Source: Akkermansia muciniphila (GTDB lineage: Bacteria > Verrucomicrobiota > Verrucomicrobiia > Limisphaerales > UBA9464). Taken from it: 64,000 nucleotides of DNA. The stretch is taken from the NCBI GenBank assembly GCA_945883815.1, contig CAMCYJ010000009.1, positions 6,821 to 70,820 of the forward strand. The letters run 5' to 3'. The notes below the pieces were generated by a model. That model had not been told where the DNA came from and searched no databases. It saw only the letters and a program-made list of their open reading frames with translations. The position numbers and the translations under genes were made by a program. The first letter of the stretch is position 1. Every line of letters begins with the position of its first letter. Positions 29,273-38,685 of this stretch are shown one piece after another.

Positions 29273-30193
29273 TCAACGTGACTTTCGGGCCGTGCCTTTC
29301 TCGCGGAATGTGCCCGAGCGCCATTCCTTGTCCGTGGTGGCCGCCACCAGTTTCCACCCCGCCGCTTCAAAGGCCTTACGGACCACGCCGAACTGGGTCT
29401 CCAGGATTCCGGCCAGCACCAGAGAACCACCGGGTGCCACGCGTGATAGCAGTCGATCGCGCTCGGCGATGAGCAGGTCGTAGATCAGGTTAGCGCAGAC
29501 CACCGAGTAGCGCTGTTTGGGCTTCTTGGGGACCTGAGTGATGTCATCGTGGGTAACGGTCAGAACTGCGGCGACCTCGTTGAGTTCGGTATTCTCGTTG
29601 GCGACCCGCACGCAATCGGGGTCAAAGTCGAAGGCGTTGACGGGTTGATAGCCCAACTTGACGGCCGCGATGGCCAGGATGCCGGACCCGGTCCCAACAT
29701 CGAGCATTGATTGTGAGGGCACATCGGGATCGCGGAGGGCGACGAGTTGCTCGAGGCAGAAGCGCGTGGTCGCGTGTTGGCCGGTGCCAAAGCTCAGTCC
29801 CGGGTCGAGGACCACGAGGGCCTGACTTTTCTTGGGGACGCGTCGGCTCCAGGTCGGCTTGACGAGCAACCGGGGGCCAAGATCGAGCGGTTTGAAATGA
29901 CGCTTCCACGATTCAGACCAGTCCCGTGCGGGTACCTTTTTCACCTGGATGCGGGCCGGTCCGACATCGATCCCTTTGGCCGCCAGTGCTTGGAGTCCTT
30001 CGCGGAGGCGTCGCTTGATGCCCGCTACATCCTGGGTCTCGATCTCACCGTAAACGCTGACCGTGGACAGTCGGGTGAGGGCGTCGGCATAGGATGAGGG
30101 GGTTTGTCCCTGCTCGAGTTCCAGTAGGACGCCCACGGCATCCTCGGCGGACAGGGAAGTGGTGATGGAGATGGATCGGAGGAGTTTGCTCAT
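29273..30193 (-). CDS. prmA: Ribosomal protein L11 methyltransferase
   Basis: 306 aa. Shows FGTGQHATTRFCLE and the SAM motif LDVGTGSGILAIAA. Confidence 0.93.
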   Translation of the reverse strand: MSKLLRSISITTSLSAEDAVGVLLELEQGQTPSSYADALTRLSTVSVYGEIETQDVAGIKRRLREGLQALAAKGIDVGPARIQVKKVPARDWSESWKRHFKPLDLGPRLLVKPTWSRRVPKKSQALVVLDPGLSFGTGQHATTRFCLEQLVALRDPDVPSQSMLDVGTGSGILAIAAVKLGYQPVNAFDFDPDCVRVANENTELNEVAAVLTVTHDDITQVPKKPKQRYSVVCANLIYDLLIAERDRLLSRVAPGGSLVLAGILETQFGVVRKAFEAAGWKLVAATTDKEWRSGTFREKGTARKSR

Positions 30194-30813
30194 GCGTCTC
30201 GCCAGGGGGTGAAGTTGAGGAGTTGGATTTCGGTGCGGGGCCTGCCTGCCTTGATTTCACCGATGTCCAGCCAGGTGGTCGAAGCGTAGTCGATCTCGAA
30301 GTGCTCGAACTTGCTCAGCGGTAGGTCCAGCAAGATGGCTAGAGCCATTCGGATCACGCCTCCGTGCGCGTAAACCGCCACCCGTTGACCGGCCGATCCG
30401 CGAAGGATTTGCTCCAAGGCTTTCCCGACCCGGTCCCGGAAGCGGTTCGCGGTTTCGCCTTCGGGGATGGCGTCGGTTTCCAGATGCTTCAGCCAGTCGT
30501 AGGCGCTCATTCCGAAGCGGTTCTGCACGTCATCCCACCCGCAACCGGTCCACGTTCCGAAGTCCACCTCGCGCAAACCATCCATCAACACCGGAGTGCC
30601 TGAGAATTGGCGGCGGAAAGGCTCCAGAGTGAGTTGGACCCGCTGCATGGGGCTGGCATACACGGCGTCGAATGGGTGCCGGCTGAGCCATTGGGCCAAG
30701 GCCTGTGCCTGGGTATGCCCGCGGGCCGAAAGGGCCATGTCGATCGTGCCCCCGAACTTCTTGTGGTACAGGTCCTCCACTTCGGCGTGCCGGCACAGAA
30801 AGAGTCGAGTCAT
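30190..30813 (-). CDS. Histidine phosphatase (phosphoglycerate mutase) family protein
   Basis: 207 aa. Has the catalytic motif LFLCRHAEV and a second His in VYAHGGVIR. ATGA overlaps occur at both ends. Confidence 0.88.
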   Translation of the reverse strand: MTRLFLCRHAEVEDLYHKKFGGTIDMALSARGHTQAQALAQWLSRHPFDAVYASPMQRVQLTLEPFRRQFSGTPVLMDGLREVDFGTWTGCGWDDVQNRFGMSAYDWLKHLETDAIPEGETANRFRDRVGKALEQILRGSAGQRVAVYAHGGVIRMALAILLDLPLSKFEHFEIDYASTTWLDIGEIKAGRPRTEIQLLNFTPWRDA

Positions 30814-31547
30814 GGCGTGATCAGAGCCTGCCGCTGGGCAGCGATGAGTTGTTGAATCCCCTGGCGCCCGAGCGCGAGCAAGGCTGCCAACTCGGAATCC
30901 GAGAACGTGGCCTCTTCGCCGGCTGCCTGCAATTCGATGAACTGCCCTCGGTCATTCATGACCAGATTCATGTCCACCGACGCGTCTTTGTCTTCGACAT
31001 AGTTGAGGTCCAAGAGAGGGATGCCCCCGAAAACTCCCATGCTGACCGCGGCCACCGAGCCCATGATGGGATTTTCAGTCACTAAACCGGCGGCCTCGAG
31101 CTTGGCGATGGCCAGGCTGACGGCCACAAAGGCTCCAGTGATGGAGGCCGTCCGGGTGCCGCCATCGGCCTGCAGCACATCGCAGTCGATACACAGGGTG
31201 CGAGGCCCGAGCTTCTCCAAATCGACAACCGCCCGCAGCGCGCGACCGATCAAGCGTTGGATTTCCTGAGAGCGCCCATCGAGCTTGAGCTTGGAAATGT
31301 CCCGAGCTTTCCGGTCCAAGGTGGAGTAGGGGAGCATGGAGTACTCCGCGGACAGCCAGCCGCCGGGAACTTTTTGTTCTTTCATCCAACGCGGGACGGA
31401 CTCTTCGACGGTGGCGGCGCAAATGACTCGGGTGTTGCCCCACTCGATCAGTGTCGAGCCCGCGGCGTGCGGGGCTATATGGTTCTGGAAACGGATCGGG
31501 CGGAGTTGGTCGTTGCGGCGACCATCGATTCGGACGGTATCAGTCAT
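30810..31547 (-). CDS. rph: Ribonuclease PH
   Basis: 245 aa from the ATG at 31547 (ORF extends to 32108). Shows GRRNDQLRPI and DCDVLQADGGTRTASITGA. Confidence 0.95.
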   Translation of the reverse strand: MTDTVRIDGRRNDQLRPIRFQNHIAPHAAGSTLIEWGNTRVICAATVEESVPRWMKEQKVPGGWLSAEYSMLPYSTLDRKARDISKLKLDGRSQEIQRLIGRALRAVVDLEKLGPRTLCIDCDVLQADGGTRTASITGAFVAVSLAIAKLEAAGLVTENPIMGSVAAVSMGVFGGIPLLDLNYVEDKDASVDMNLVMNDRGQFIELQAAGEEATFSDSELAALLALGRQGIQQLIAAQRQALITP

Positions 31548-31649
31548 TGGGCCGGTGAGGCTGGGTGATTTTGGCCAAAAAGCAACGGGTACGGCAGCGG
31601 TTGGGTTCACTTTGCTCTTTACGTCGCTCGGTGGAGCCCCGTAAAGCCA

Positions 31650-32153
31650 TTGGTCATGGAAGAGTTGGGGTTTCCGGACCGTCATTACGTCGAGGCCGCC
31701 GAGGGATGGTTGGGGCTCGGGGACGTCCTCGAAGCGTCTCGGGAATTCGATCAACTCAGCCCGGGAGGAGCCGCTCACCCGGTCTCGTTGGAGATGCATT
31801 GGCGCATTTTGTCCGCCCGCTCGGCCTGGCCGGAAGCCCTTCGGGCCGCTCAGCGCTACATTGAGGTGGCCCCTCAATTGCCTGCTGGCTGGATCCACCA
31901 GAGTTACAGCCTCCACGAACTCCGTCGGACCGACGAAGCTTTTCAATTCCTGCATGCAATTGTGCTCAAATTTCCTGAAGAAAGCGTCATTCCGTACAAT
32001 TTGGCCTGTTATGCCTGTCAGATGGGGCAATTGGACGTGGCCCAGCGTTGGCTGAATCAGGCGGTTCGTATCGGGGGCAAGGCGTCGGTCAAAGAGATGG
32101 CCGAACAAGATGCGGATCTAGAACCCTTGCGGTCTTACATTGAAGCCCTGTGA
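31650..32153 (+). CDS. Tetratricopeptide-repeat protein
   Basis: 167 aa of helical repeats, including the IPYNLACYACQMGQLDVAQRWL motif. Confidence 0.65.
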   Translation: MVMEELGFPDRHYVEAAEGWLGLGDVLEASREFDQLSPGGAAHPVSLEMHWRILSARSAWPEALRAAQRYIEVAPQLPAGWIHQSYSLHELRRTDEAFQFLHAIVLKFPEESVIPYNLACYACQMGQLDVAQRWLNQAVRIGGKASVKEMAEQDADLEPLRSYIEAL

Positions 32154-32279
32154 CTGGCTGGGAGGTGTTGGAAGGTACGGCGTCGCCCAACCGGCAAGGC
32201 TTCGAAGCCATGGGCTTTCCAGGGCTCTTTGGGCCACCGTTCGAATATCTAACCCCATGAATCGTCAACGGTGATAGCT

Positions 32280-32295
32280 TGTGAAAAATTTCACG
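32280..32295. promoter_or_regulatory. CRP/FNR-family-like site TGTGA-N6-TCACG upstream of the oxidase cluster
   Basis: TGTGAAAAATTTCACG matches 9 of 10 positions of the TGTGA-N6-TCACA consensus. It lies 70 nt upstream of the ATG at 32365 and is followed by TTGACC (32303-32308). Confidence 0.3.
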
Positions 32296-32364
32296 AAGTC
32301 TCTTGACCCACAATTCGCGAAGATTAGCGTCCGACCGAATCAGAGGTCCAAATAGGAAAACGAA

Positions 32365-33069
32365 ATGAAAAACACACTGAAGGTTGTCTCGATGGCAGCG
32401 GCGGTTGCGGCTTCCAGCGCTCTCGCGGGTGAGATCACCGGTAAAATCAAGATCAACGGTGAAGTTCCCCCTGCCCGGGAAATCACCCCGATCAAGGGTG
32501 ACAAGCTGTGCGGTGCGTTGCACACCAAGCCGGTCATGACCCGCACTTACATTGTCGGTGCCGATCACGGGTTGGCCAACGTTGCTGTCTACATCAAGGC
32601 CGGTCTCCCAGCGGGCAAGACCTACACCGCCCCGGCCACCAAGCCCTTGATCGATCAGGTGGGTTGCGTCTATGAGCCGCTGATCACCGTGGCCATGGTC
32701 GGTCAGACCGTGGATATCAAGAATTCGGACGCGTTCATGCACAACGTGAACTGCCAGGCCAAGGTCAACAAGGGCTTCAACTTCGCCCAGGCCACCCAAG
32801 GTCAGGTGAACCCTCGCGTGTTCGATAAGGCCGAATTGGCCGTCAAACTCATTTGCAATGTCCATCCCTGGATGTCCGGGTACGTCCACGTGTTCGATCA
32901 CCCGTTCTTCGCGGTGTCCGACAAGGACGGCAATTTCACCATCCAGGGCGACTTGCCCGATGGCAAGTACACCGTCGAGGCCAACCACCTGAAGTCCGGT
33001 ATGGTGACCGGTGAGGTCGAGGTCAAGGGTGGCAAGGCCACGCTGAATCTGGAACTGGCGGTCAAGTAA
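32365..33069 (+). CDS. Secreted type-1 (blue) copper cupredoxin-domain protein
   Basis: 234 aa with a signal peptide. The ligand pattern FMHNV...(41 aa)...C-N-V-H-P-W-M has amicyanin-like Cys-x2-His-x2-Met spacing. A beta-sandwich tail follows. Confidence 0.75.
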   Translation: MKNTLKVVSMAAAVAASSALAGEITGKIKINGEVPPAREITPIKGDKLCGALHTKPVMTRTYIVGADHGLANVAVYIKAGLPAGKTYTAPATKPLIDQVGCVYEPLITVAMVGQTVDIKNSDAFMHNVNCQAKVNKGFNFAQATQGQVNPRVFDKAELAVKLICNVHPWMSGYVHVFDHPFFAVSDKDGNFTIQGDLPDGKYTVEANHLKSGMVTGEVEVKGGKATLNLELAVK

Positions 33070-33138
33070 GCCGAGGCAGATTCGATACGATGGTCAGCGA
33101 ATCCGAGGCCGCGGCGTGAACCGCCGCGGCCGTTTCGT

Positions 33139-34362
33139 ATGAGTTTCTCCAATCCTCACCCCTCCCAGCCTGTTTGGCTGTTCCGATTCGCCGCCTTGGT
33201 GGCTTTGGCGACGTTGGGGTTGGTGTGCATTGGTGGACTAGTGACCAGCAAGGGGGTGGGAATGTCGGTTCCGGATTGGCCCACCAGTTTCGGTTATGGG
33301 ATGTTCGCATTGCCCATTTCCATGTGGATGACCGGGGGTGTTTTCCATGAGCATACCCACCGGGTTTGGGCCTCTGGAGTGGGGCTTTTGGTGGTTTTTC
33401 TGGCCCGATGGACTGCGGGGAGTGCTTCTCGCAAGACCTTGGCCCGGGTGGGGATTGCGGAAGTCCTGGCTGGAGTGATCCTGATGCAAATCAACCCACT
33501 CTGGAAGGGTGAGGCCCATTTTCTGTTGGGAATTGGCGGTGTGGTCTTGGCGGCTGCGGCAGTGGGCTGGAAGAATGCCCCGGCCTCTCGATTGTCGGTC
33601 CGCTTGGCTTGGGCCGCGTTTTGGCTGGTTCAGCTCCAGGGGAGTCTGGGTGGTCTCCGGGTGGTGCTGGATTCCTGGGCGATCGGAGGCACCACTGGAG
33701 GCACTGTTTTTGGAATGATCCACGGGTGCCTCGGGCAAGTTTTCTTTGTGCTGGTGACCTGCCTGGCCCTGTCCCTCTCGGGTTGGTACTCACGATGGAC
33801 CCGCAACGCCACTGAGTTCCGTGAGTCCTTTTGGGTGTTCTTGGGGACGGCCCTGGTGTTCGGGCAGTTGATCCTTGGGCTTTGGATGCGACATCAGCAT
33901 GCCGGTCTGGCCATTCCGGACCTTCCTATGGCCTATGGTCAATGGTGGCCCAAGACAGATGCTGAATCCTTGGTGCGATACGCGAGCCGACGTGAAGGGG
34001 TAGATGCCATCACGGCCCTCCAGATCCACATGCACATGTTTCACCGTATCAACGCAGTGCTGGCCACTTTGGCTATTTGCATGGCGTTCCGGTTCTCGAG
34101 GAATCTGCCCCACGGGCATCCGGTGCGGACTTTGGGAAGTCTTTGGTTGTGCCTGATTGGTGTTCAGTTCTCATTGGGTTTGCTCACCGTCCTCACCGAT
34201 CGAGCTGCCGATATCGCCACAGCCCATGTTGCAGTGGGTTCGTTGACCCTGGCTTTGGGTTGCTGGTCTTGCTGGGCCGTCAGGGTGCATCAGCGCCAAT
34301 TTGCTGAAGAAAATCGGGTCTTGGCAGGATCGGTCCTTCCGGAAATTCCCGCAGTACGATGA
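33139..34362 (+). CDS. ctaA: Haem A synthase (COX15/CtaA)
   Basis: 407 aa polytopic protein. Shows GLVTSKGVGMSVPDWPTSFGY and the His motifs FHEHTHRVW and HMHMFHRINA. Confidence 0.9.
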   Translation: MSFSNPHPSQPVWLFRFAALVALATLGLVCIGGLVTSKGVGMSVPDWPTSFGYGMFALPISMWMTGGVFHEHTHRVWASGVGLLVVFLARWTAGSASRKTLARVGIAEVLAGVILMQINPLWKGEAHFLLGIGGVVLAAAAVGWKNAPASRLSVRLAWAAFWLVQLQGSLGGLRVVLDSWAIGGTTGGTVFGMIHGCLGQVFFVLVTCLALSLSGWYSRWTRNATEFRESFWVFLGTALVFGQLILGLWMRHQHAGLAIPDLPMAYGQWWPKTDAESLVRYASRREGVDAITALQIHMHMFHRINAVLATLAICMAFRFSRNLPHGHPVRTLGSLWLCLIGVQFSLGLLTVLTDRAADIATAHVAVGSLTLALGCWSCWAVRVHQRQFAEENRVLAGSVLPEIPAVR

Positions 34363-35407
34363 TAAATTCTCTGTGAACGTTGCTGCCCCCATCGAAACCA
34401 CCGTTGCCTCGCGGAATCTCCGCGGGTGGGTGACGGTCATCAGCGACTTGGTGAAAGCCCGGTTGACCTTGATGGTGGTACTCACCACGTGGATGGGGTT
34501 TTCGCTGGCTTCGACCCAGGCGACTGATGGGGCGATCTGCCTCCATGCCATTATTGGAACCTCGCTGCTAGCGGCCGGAGCCTCGGCCTTGAATCAGTGG
34601 TGGGAGCGTGACTTCGACGCCCGCATGCATCGCACCGCATCTCGGCCTCTTCCGGCAGGTATCCTTACACCGCTCACCGTTTTGGCCTTCGGTGTCGTTG
34701 TGTCCATTCTGGGGCTGATGTGGCTGGTTTTCTTGGTGAACCTCCTGACAGCGTTCCTGGGGGCAGTGACCTTGGCCATTTATGTGTTTGTTTACACCCC
34801 TCTCAAGCGGACCACCGAACTGAACACTTGGGTCGGGGCTATTCCCGGAGCATTGCCTCCCTTGATGGGGTGGACTGCGGCGACCGGTGAGCTCGGCGCA
34901 GGCGGGTGGTCGCTGTTTGCCATCCTATTTTTTTGGCAATTACCCCATTTCATGGCCATCGCCTGGTTGTACCGAGAGGAATATGCCCAAGCGGGATTTC
35001 GGATGCTGTCCGGTCGTGATCCCGACGGGCGGCGGTCGGCCTCATCGGCCATCCGCAACTCGATCGCCTTGATTTTCGTCAGTGCTGTGCCCTTTCTTCA
35101 AGGAGTCAGCGGGCGCATCTACCTCTCGGTGGCACTCGTCTTGGGAGGGTTGTTTCTAATTCAGGCCATTCGGTTTGCCTTGCTCCTAAACGCCATGTCG
35201 GCGCGGCGGCTGTTTTTTGCGTCAATTTTCTATCTTCCCGTCCTTTTGGCCGTGCTGGTCATGGACCGAACTAAGGAAGTGTCTTCGAAGAGCTCATTAC
35301 TTCGTGGGAAATCAACAATTACTATCCCCCACTCAAGAATTTCTGTACCACGCCCCGGAGCGTTTGTATTCAATCGGCTTCCCCGTCTTCCGGGAGACGG
35401 CGCCTGA
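34301..35407 (+). CDS. ctaB: Protohaem IX farnesyltransferase (haem O synthase)
   Basis: UbiA-family motif NQWWERDFDARMHRTASRPLP. The start is uncertain: the ATG at 34301 overlaps ctaA by 62 nt, while the in-frame GTG at 34373 lies 11 nt after the ctaA stop. Confidence 0.88.
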   Translation: MLKKIGSWQDRSFRKFPQYDDKFSVNVAAPIETTVASRNLRGWVTVISDLVKARLTLMVVLTTWMGFSLASTQATDGAICLHAIIGTSLLAAGASALNQWWERDFDARMHRTASRPLPAGILTPLTVLAFGVVVSILGLMWLVFLVNLLTAFLGAVTLAIYVFVYTPLKRTTELNTWVGAIPGALPPLMGWTAATGELGAGGWSLFAILFFWQLPHFMAIAWLYREEYAQAGFRMLSGRDPDGRRSASSAIRNSIALIFVSAVPFLQGVSGRIYLSVALVLGGLFLIQAIRFALLLNAMSARRLFFASIFYLPVLLAVLVMDRTKEVSSKSSLLRGKSTITIPHSRISVPRPGAFVFNRLPRLPGDGA

Positions 35408-35418
35408 AATCCCAATTT

Positions 35419-37227
35419 ATGCAATCCACAGCCTCCCACGCCCACACGAGCGCGACCGACTCTTCGCACGGTCACGCGCATCATGAGCCGGGTTTCTTCG
35501 GCAAGTACATCTTCAGCACCGACCACAAGGTCATCGGCATCCAATACGGAGTGTCGTCGCTGCTGTTCCTGCTTTTCGGCTTCTTCCTAATGCTGGTGAT
35601 GCGCTTTCAGTTGGCGTATCCGGGCAGGGCGGTCCCTTTGGTGGGGCCTCTGTTGGAATACGTCTTGGGTGAAGACATGGCCAAGGGCGGGATCGTCGGC
35701 GGTGACCTCTACAATTCCTTCGGCGCGATGCACGGCACCATCATGGTGTTCTTGGCCATCGTTCCGGTGCTTTTCGGGGCCTTCGGCAATTACGTCACCC
35801 CGCTGCAAATCGGTGCGCCTGATATGGCTTTTCCCCGGTTGAACATGGCGAGCTTCCATTGTTACTTCCTGGGCGGAGTGGTGATGTTCGCCAGTTTTTT
35901 CACCCCGGGTGGTGCGGCTCGTTCCGGTTGGACCTCCTACTCCCCTTTGGCCTCGGTCACCGATCTGGCCAATCGCTTTGATGGTCAGACCTACTGGCTC
36001 ATGGGCATGGTGCTCCTCATCACCTCGTCTTTGCTGGGTTCGGTGAACTTCATTGCCACCATTATCCAGTTGCGCTGCCGCGGCATGAGCTGGATGCGAA
36101 TGCCCTTCTTCGTGTGGGCTCAGTTTGTGACCGGTTTCTTGCTGCTCCTGGCCTTCCCCCCGCTGGAAGCCGCCGGTTTGATGCAGTTGATGGACAATCT
36201 CTTCGGTAGCTCGTTCTTCCTGCCCCAGGGACTCGTGGTCAGTGGAAGCCCTCTGCCGGTGTCCGGTGGCGGTAGCCCGCTGCTCTGGCAACACTTGTTC
36301 TGGTTCTTGGGTCACCCCGAGGTGTACGTTTTGATTCTGCCCGCCATTGGCATCGTCGCAGAGGTGATTGCCAACAACATCCGCAAGCCGCTCTGGGGCT
36401 ACAAGAGCATGGTCTATGCGGCCATGAGCATCGGATTCCTATCATTCATTGTCTGGGCCCACCACATGTACCTCACGGGCATGGGCACGAAGGTGGCGAC
36501 CTTCTTCCAGACCACCACCATGATGATTTCGATCCCCTCGGTGATCATCCTCACGGCCTTGTTCATCTCGCTCTGGGGTGGATCCATCCGCTTCAATTCG
36601 GCCTCGCTCTTCGCCCTGTCGTTCCTGCCGATGTTCGGTATTGGTGGTTTGACGGGTCTTCCGCTCGGCTTCAATGCCTCCGACATCTTTTTGCACGATT
36701 CATATTACGTGATCGGCCACTTCCACTACGTCGTCGCTCCGGGAACGATGTTCGCTGTCTTCGCAGGCATTTACTACTGGTTCCCGAAGATTACGGGACG
36801 CCACATGAATGAAGTCTTGGGTAAGATTCATTGGGCTGGCTCTCTGTTCTTTATGAACTGTGTTTTCGCCCCGATGTTCATTCAGGGCTTCAAGGGCATG
36901 TCCCGACGTATGTCCGACGGTGGAACGACCTACTTCGGTCAGGGTATTGATCCCGGCGTTCTCAAGCTGAACAACATGATCCTTTGGAGCGCGGTCGGTC
37001 TGGGAATTTGCCAGATTCCGTTCATCATCAATTTCTTCTCCAGCATCTTCGCAGGCAAGCGAACCACCTCGGACAATCCGTGGCAGGCGACCACGCTGGA
37101 ATGGGCTACTCCGACCCCTCCGCCGCACGGAAATTTCCTCCAGGAACCGGTCGCCTACCGCGGCCCCTACGAGTACAGCGTTCCGGGAGCCAAAACCGAC
37201 TTCACTCCTCAGGGAGACAAGAACTGA
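35419..37227 (+). CDS. ctaD: Cytochrome c oxidase subunit I
   Basis: 602 aa. Shows WFLGHPEVYVLILP, WAHHMYLTG and GHFHYVVAPG. Confidence 0.97.
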   Translation: MQSTASHAHTSATDSSHGHAHHEPGFFGKYIFSTDHKVIGIQYGVSSLLFLLFGFFLMLVMRFQLAYPGRAVPLVGPLLEYVLGEDMAKGGIVGGDLYNSFGAMHGTIMVFLAIVPVLFGAFGNYVTPLQIGAPDMAFPRLNMASFHCYFLGGVVMFASFFTPGGAARSGWTSYSPLASVTDLANRFDGQTYWLMGMVLLITSSLLGSVNFIATIIQLRCRGMSWMRMPFFVWAQFVTGFLLLLAFPPLEAAGLMQLMDNLFGSSFFLPQGLVVSGSPLPVSGGGSPLLWQHLFWFLGHPEVYVLILPAIGIVAEVIANNIRKPLWGYKSMVYAAMSIGFLSFIVWAHHMYLTGMGTKVATFFQTTTMMISIPSVIILTALFISLWGGSIRFNSASLFALSFLPMFGIGGLTGLPLGFNASDIFLHDSYYVIGHFHYVVAPGTMFAVFAGIYYWFPKITGRHMNEVLGKIHWAGSLFFMNCVFAPMFIQGFKGMSRRMSDGGTTYFGQGIDPGVLKLNNMILWSAVGLGICQIPFIINFFSSIFAGKRTTSDNPWQATTLEWATPTPPPHGNFLQEPVAYRGPYEYSVPGAKTDFTPQGDKN

Positions 37228-37260
37228 ACGGTTCTGTTCCAACTTTTTACCGATCCAATA

Positions 37261-38112
37261 ATGGAAATCCCCTACACGCACACACCCCGACCGGACACGG
37301 GGCTCTACAATGCCAAGGTGGGCATTTGGTTGTTCTTGGCCTCGGAAATCATGCTCTTCGGAGCCTTGTTTTCGGCCTACATCCTTCTCCGGGTCAGCGC
37401 GCCGGTCGGCTTTTGGCCGGATGTGGCATTGGCATGGCCTCGAGGGCTGCTCAATATCCCGATTGGAACGTTCAACACGGCGGTTCTCATCACGTCGTCG
37501 GTGACCGTGGTTCTGGCTTGGGCTGCGCTCAAGATGAACAACTTCGCGCGGTTCCGTGTGTACATGGTGATCACGGTGTTGTGTGCCTTCGCCTTCTTGG
37601 GCATCAAGTCGTTTGAGTACAACGACAAGTTCAGCCACTACGTCATCCGCCTTCAGGATGGCAAGGCGTTGACCGGTCACATCGAGGTCGACGGTAAGCA
37701 TCCGAGATTCTGGAACTTCAGCGATCAGTGGAGTGTCGCCAAACTGACTGAACAGAAGGTGGCCAAGATCAAGGTCGAGGTGGATCCGGCGCGTGATATC
37801 AACGGTCACCCCAAGAAGGGCGCATCCCACCAGCATGAAGTCCGTGAGGTTGCGGTTTCGGACATCGTTTCCATGGGATCTTATACCCCGGCGACCCATC
37901 CGTTCTTCGCAGTCTATTTCTTGATCACCGCTTTGCACGGATTGCACGTTTTGGGTGGGGCGTTGGTGCTGGGTTATTTCGCCTTCCCCGGAGCCAAGAT
38001 GTGGAAATCGAATCCGGAGCAGTTCATCAACCGTATCGAGGTGGGTGGACTTTTCTGGCACTTCGTGGACCTCGTCTGGATCTTCTTGTTTCCGGTGGTG
38101 TACCTCCTCTGA
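37261..38112 (+). CDS. ctaE: Cytochrome c oxidase subunit III (5-TM type with ~70-95 aa hydrophilic insertion)
   Basis: 283 aa. Shows ITALHGLHVLGG and LFWHFVDLVWIFLF. A hydrophilic stretch lies between TM3 and TM4. Confidence 0.93.
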   Translation: MEIPYTHTPRPDTGLYNAKVGIWLFLASEIMLFGALFSAYILLRVSAPVGFWPDVALAWPRGLLNIPIGTFNTAVLITSSVTVVLAWAALKMNNFARFRVYMVITVLCAFAFLGIKSFEYNDKFSHYVIRLQDGKALTGHIEVDGKHPRFWNFSDQWSVAKLTEQKVAKIKVEVDPARDINGHPKKGASHQHEVREVAVSDIVSMGSYTPATHPFFAVYFLITALHGLHVLGGALVLGYFAFPGAKMWKSNPEQFINRIEVGGLFWHFVDLVWIFLFPVVYLL

Positions 38113-38120
38113 TTGCATTT

Positions 38121-38489
38121 ATGAGCCAACACAGCGCTTCTACTTCGGCCTCCCATGGCGGCGATGATCATGATCACGACATCGCGGCTCACGTCCGAAC
38201 CTATCTGATCATTTTCGGGGCTTTGCTCGTCGGGACCGTCCTGACTGTGGCCATGTACTACGTCGACTTCAGCAGCATGGCGCTGACAGTCGCGGTCGCC
38301 CTCTTCATCGCGTCGATCAAGGCCTTTTTGGTTGCCGGTTATTTCATGCACCTTCTGTCCGAAAAGAAGTTGGTGTATGGGGTGCTGGTCATCTCGGCGA
38401 TTTTCTTTGTGGCCCTGATGGGGTTGACCCTGTGGGGTAGCCGTGACCTTCCCAGAAACTCGGAGACCAAGACGTTGTATGTCCCTTAA
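38121..38489 (+). CDS. Cytochrome c oxidase subunit IV (bacterial small subunit)
   Basis: 122 aa from the ATG at 38121. Has three TM helices and the block AAHVRTYLIIFGALLVGTVLTV...AGYFMHL. Confidence 0.8.
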   Translation: MSQHSASTSASHGGDDHDHDIAAHVRTYLIIFGALLVGTVLTVAMYYVDFSSMALTVAVALFIASIKAFLVAGYFMHLLSEKKLVYGVLVISAIFFVALMGLTLWGSRDLPRNSETKTLYVP

Positions 38490-38685
38490 AGCCTTCCACA
38501 TTGTGTTTGTCGCGGCCTCAGTGATCCTGATGGCATTCCTGAGCGGATGGAGTTTCTTGGCGTATCAAGAGACCCATTCCACGGAATACCTGGTCTGGAG
38601 TCTGTGTGCGGCAAGCTCGGTGGTGGGCTTGGTGATTTACGGACGATTCTTCCTCCGGAAGCTTCGGAACATCAGTTTTCTATGA
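38479..38685 (+). CDS. Small two-TM membrane protein (hypothetical)
   Basis: 68 aa from the ATG at 38479, overlapping the subunit IV stop. Two hydrophobic helices are present. Its stop overlaps the next ATG (ATGA at 38682-38685). Confidence 0.5.
   Translation: MSLKAFHIVFVAASVILMAFLSGWSFLAYQETHSTEYLVWSLCAASSVVGLVIYGRFFLRKLRNISFL

Noticed and set aside
31548-32108. 187-aa N-terminal extension of the RNase PH ORF
   Set aside because: RNase PH homology starts at MTDTVRIDGRRNDQLRP (ATG at 31547). The extension overlaps the TPR gene on the other strand. Similar non-homologous extensions were trimmed for the ORFs at 13996, 15708, 15993, 20451, 20168, 24271, 27678, 42906, 50269 and 58447.
36700-38118. 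472-aa minus-strand ORF across oxidase subunits I and III
   Set aside because: The plus-strand genes carry unambiguous haem-copper oxidase signatures. The antisense translation has no recognisable motifs.
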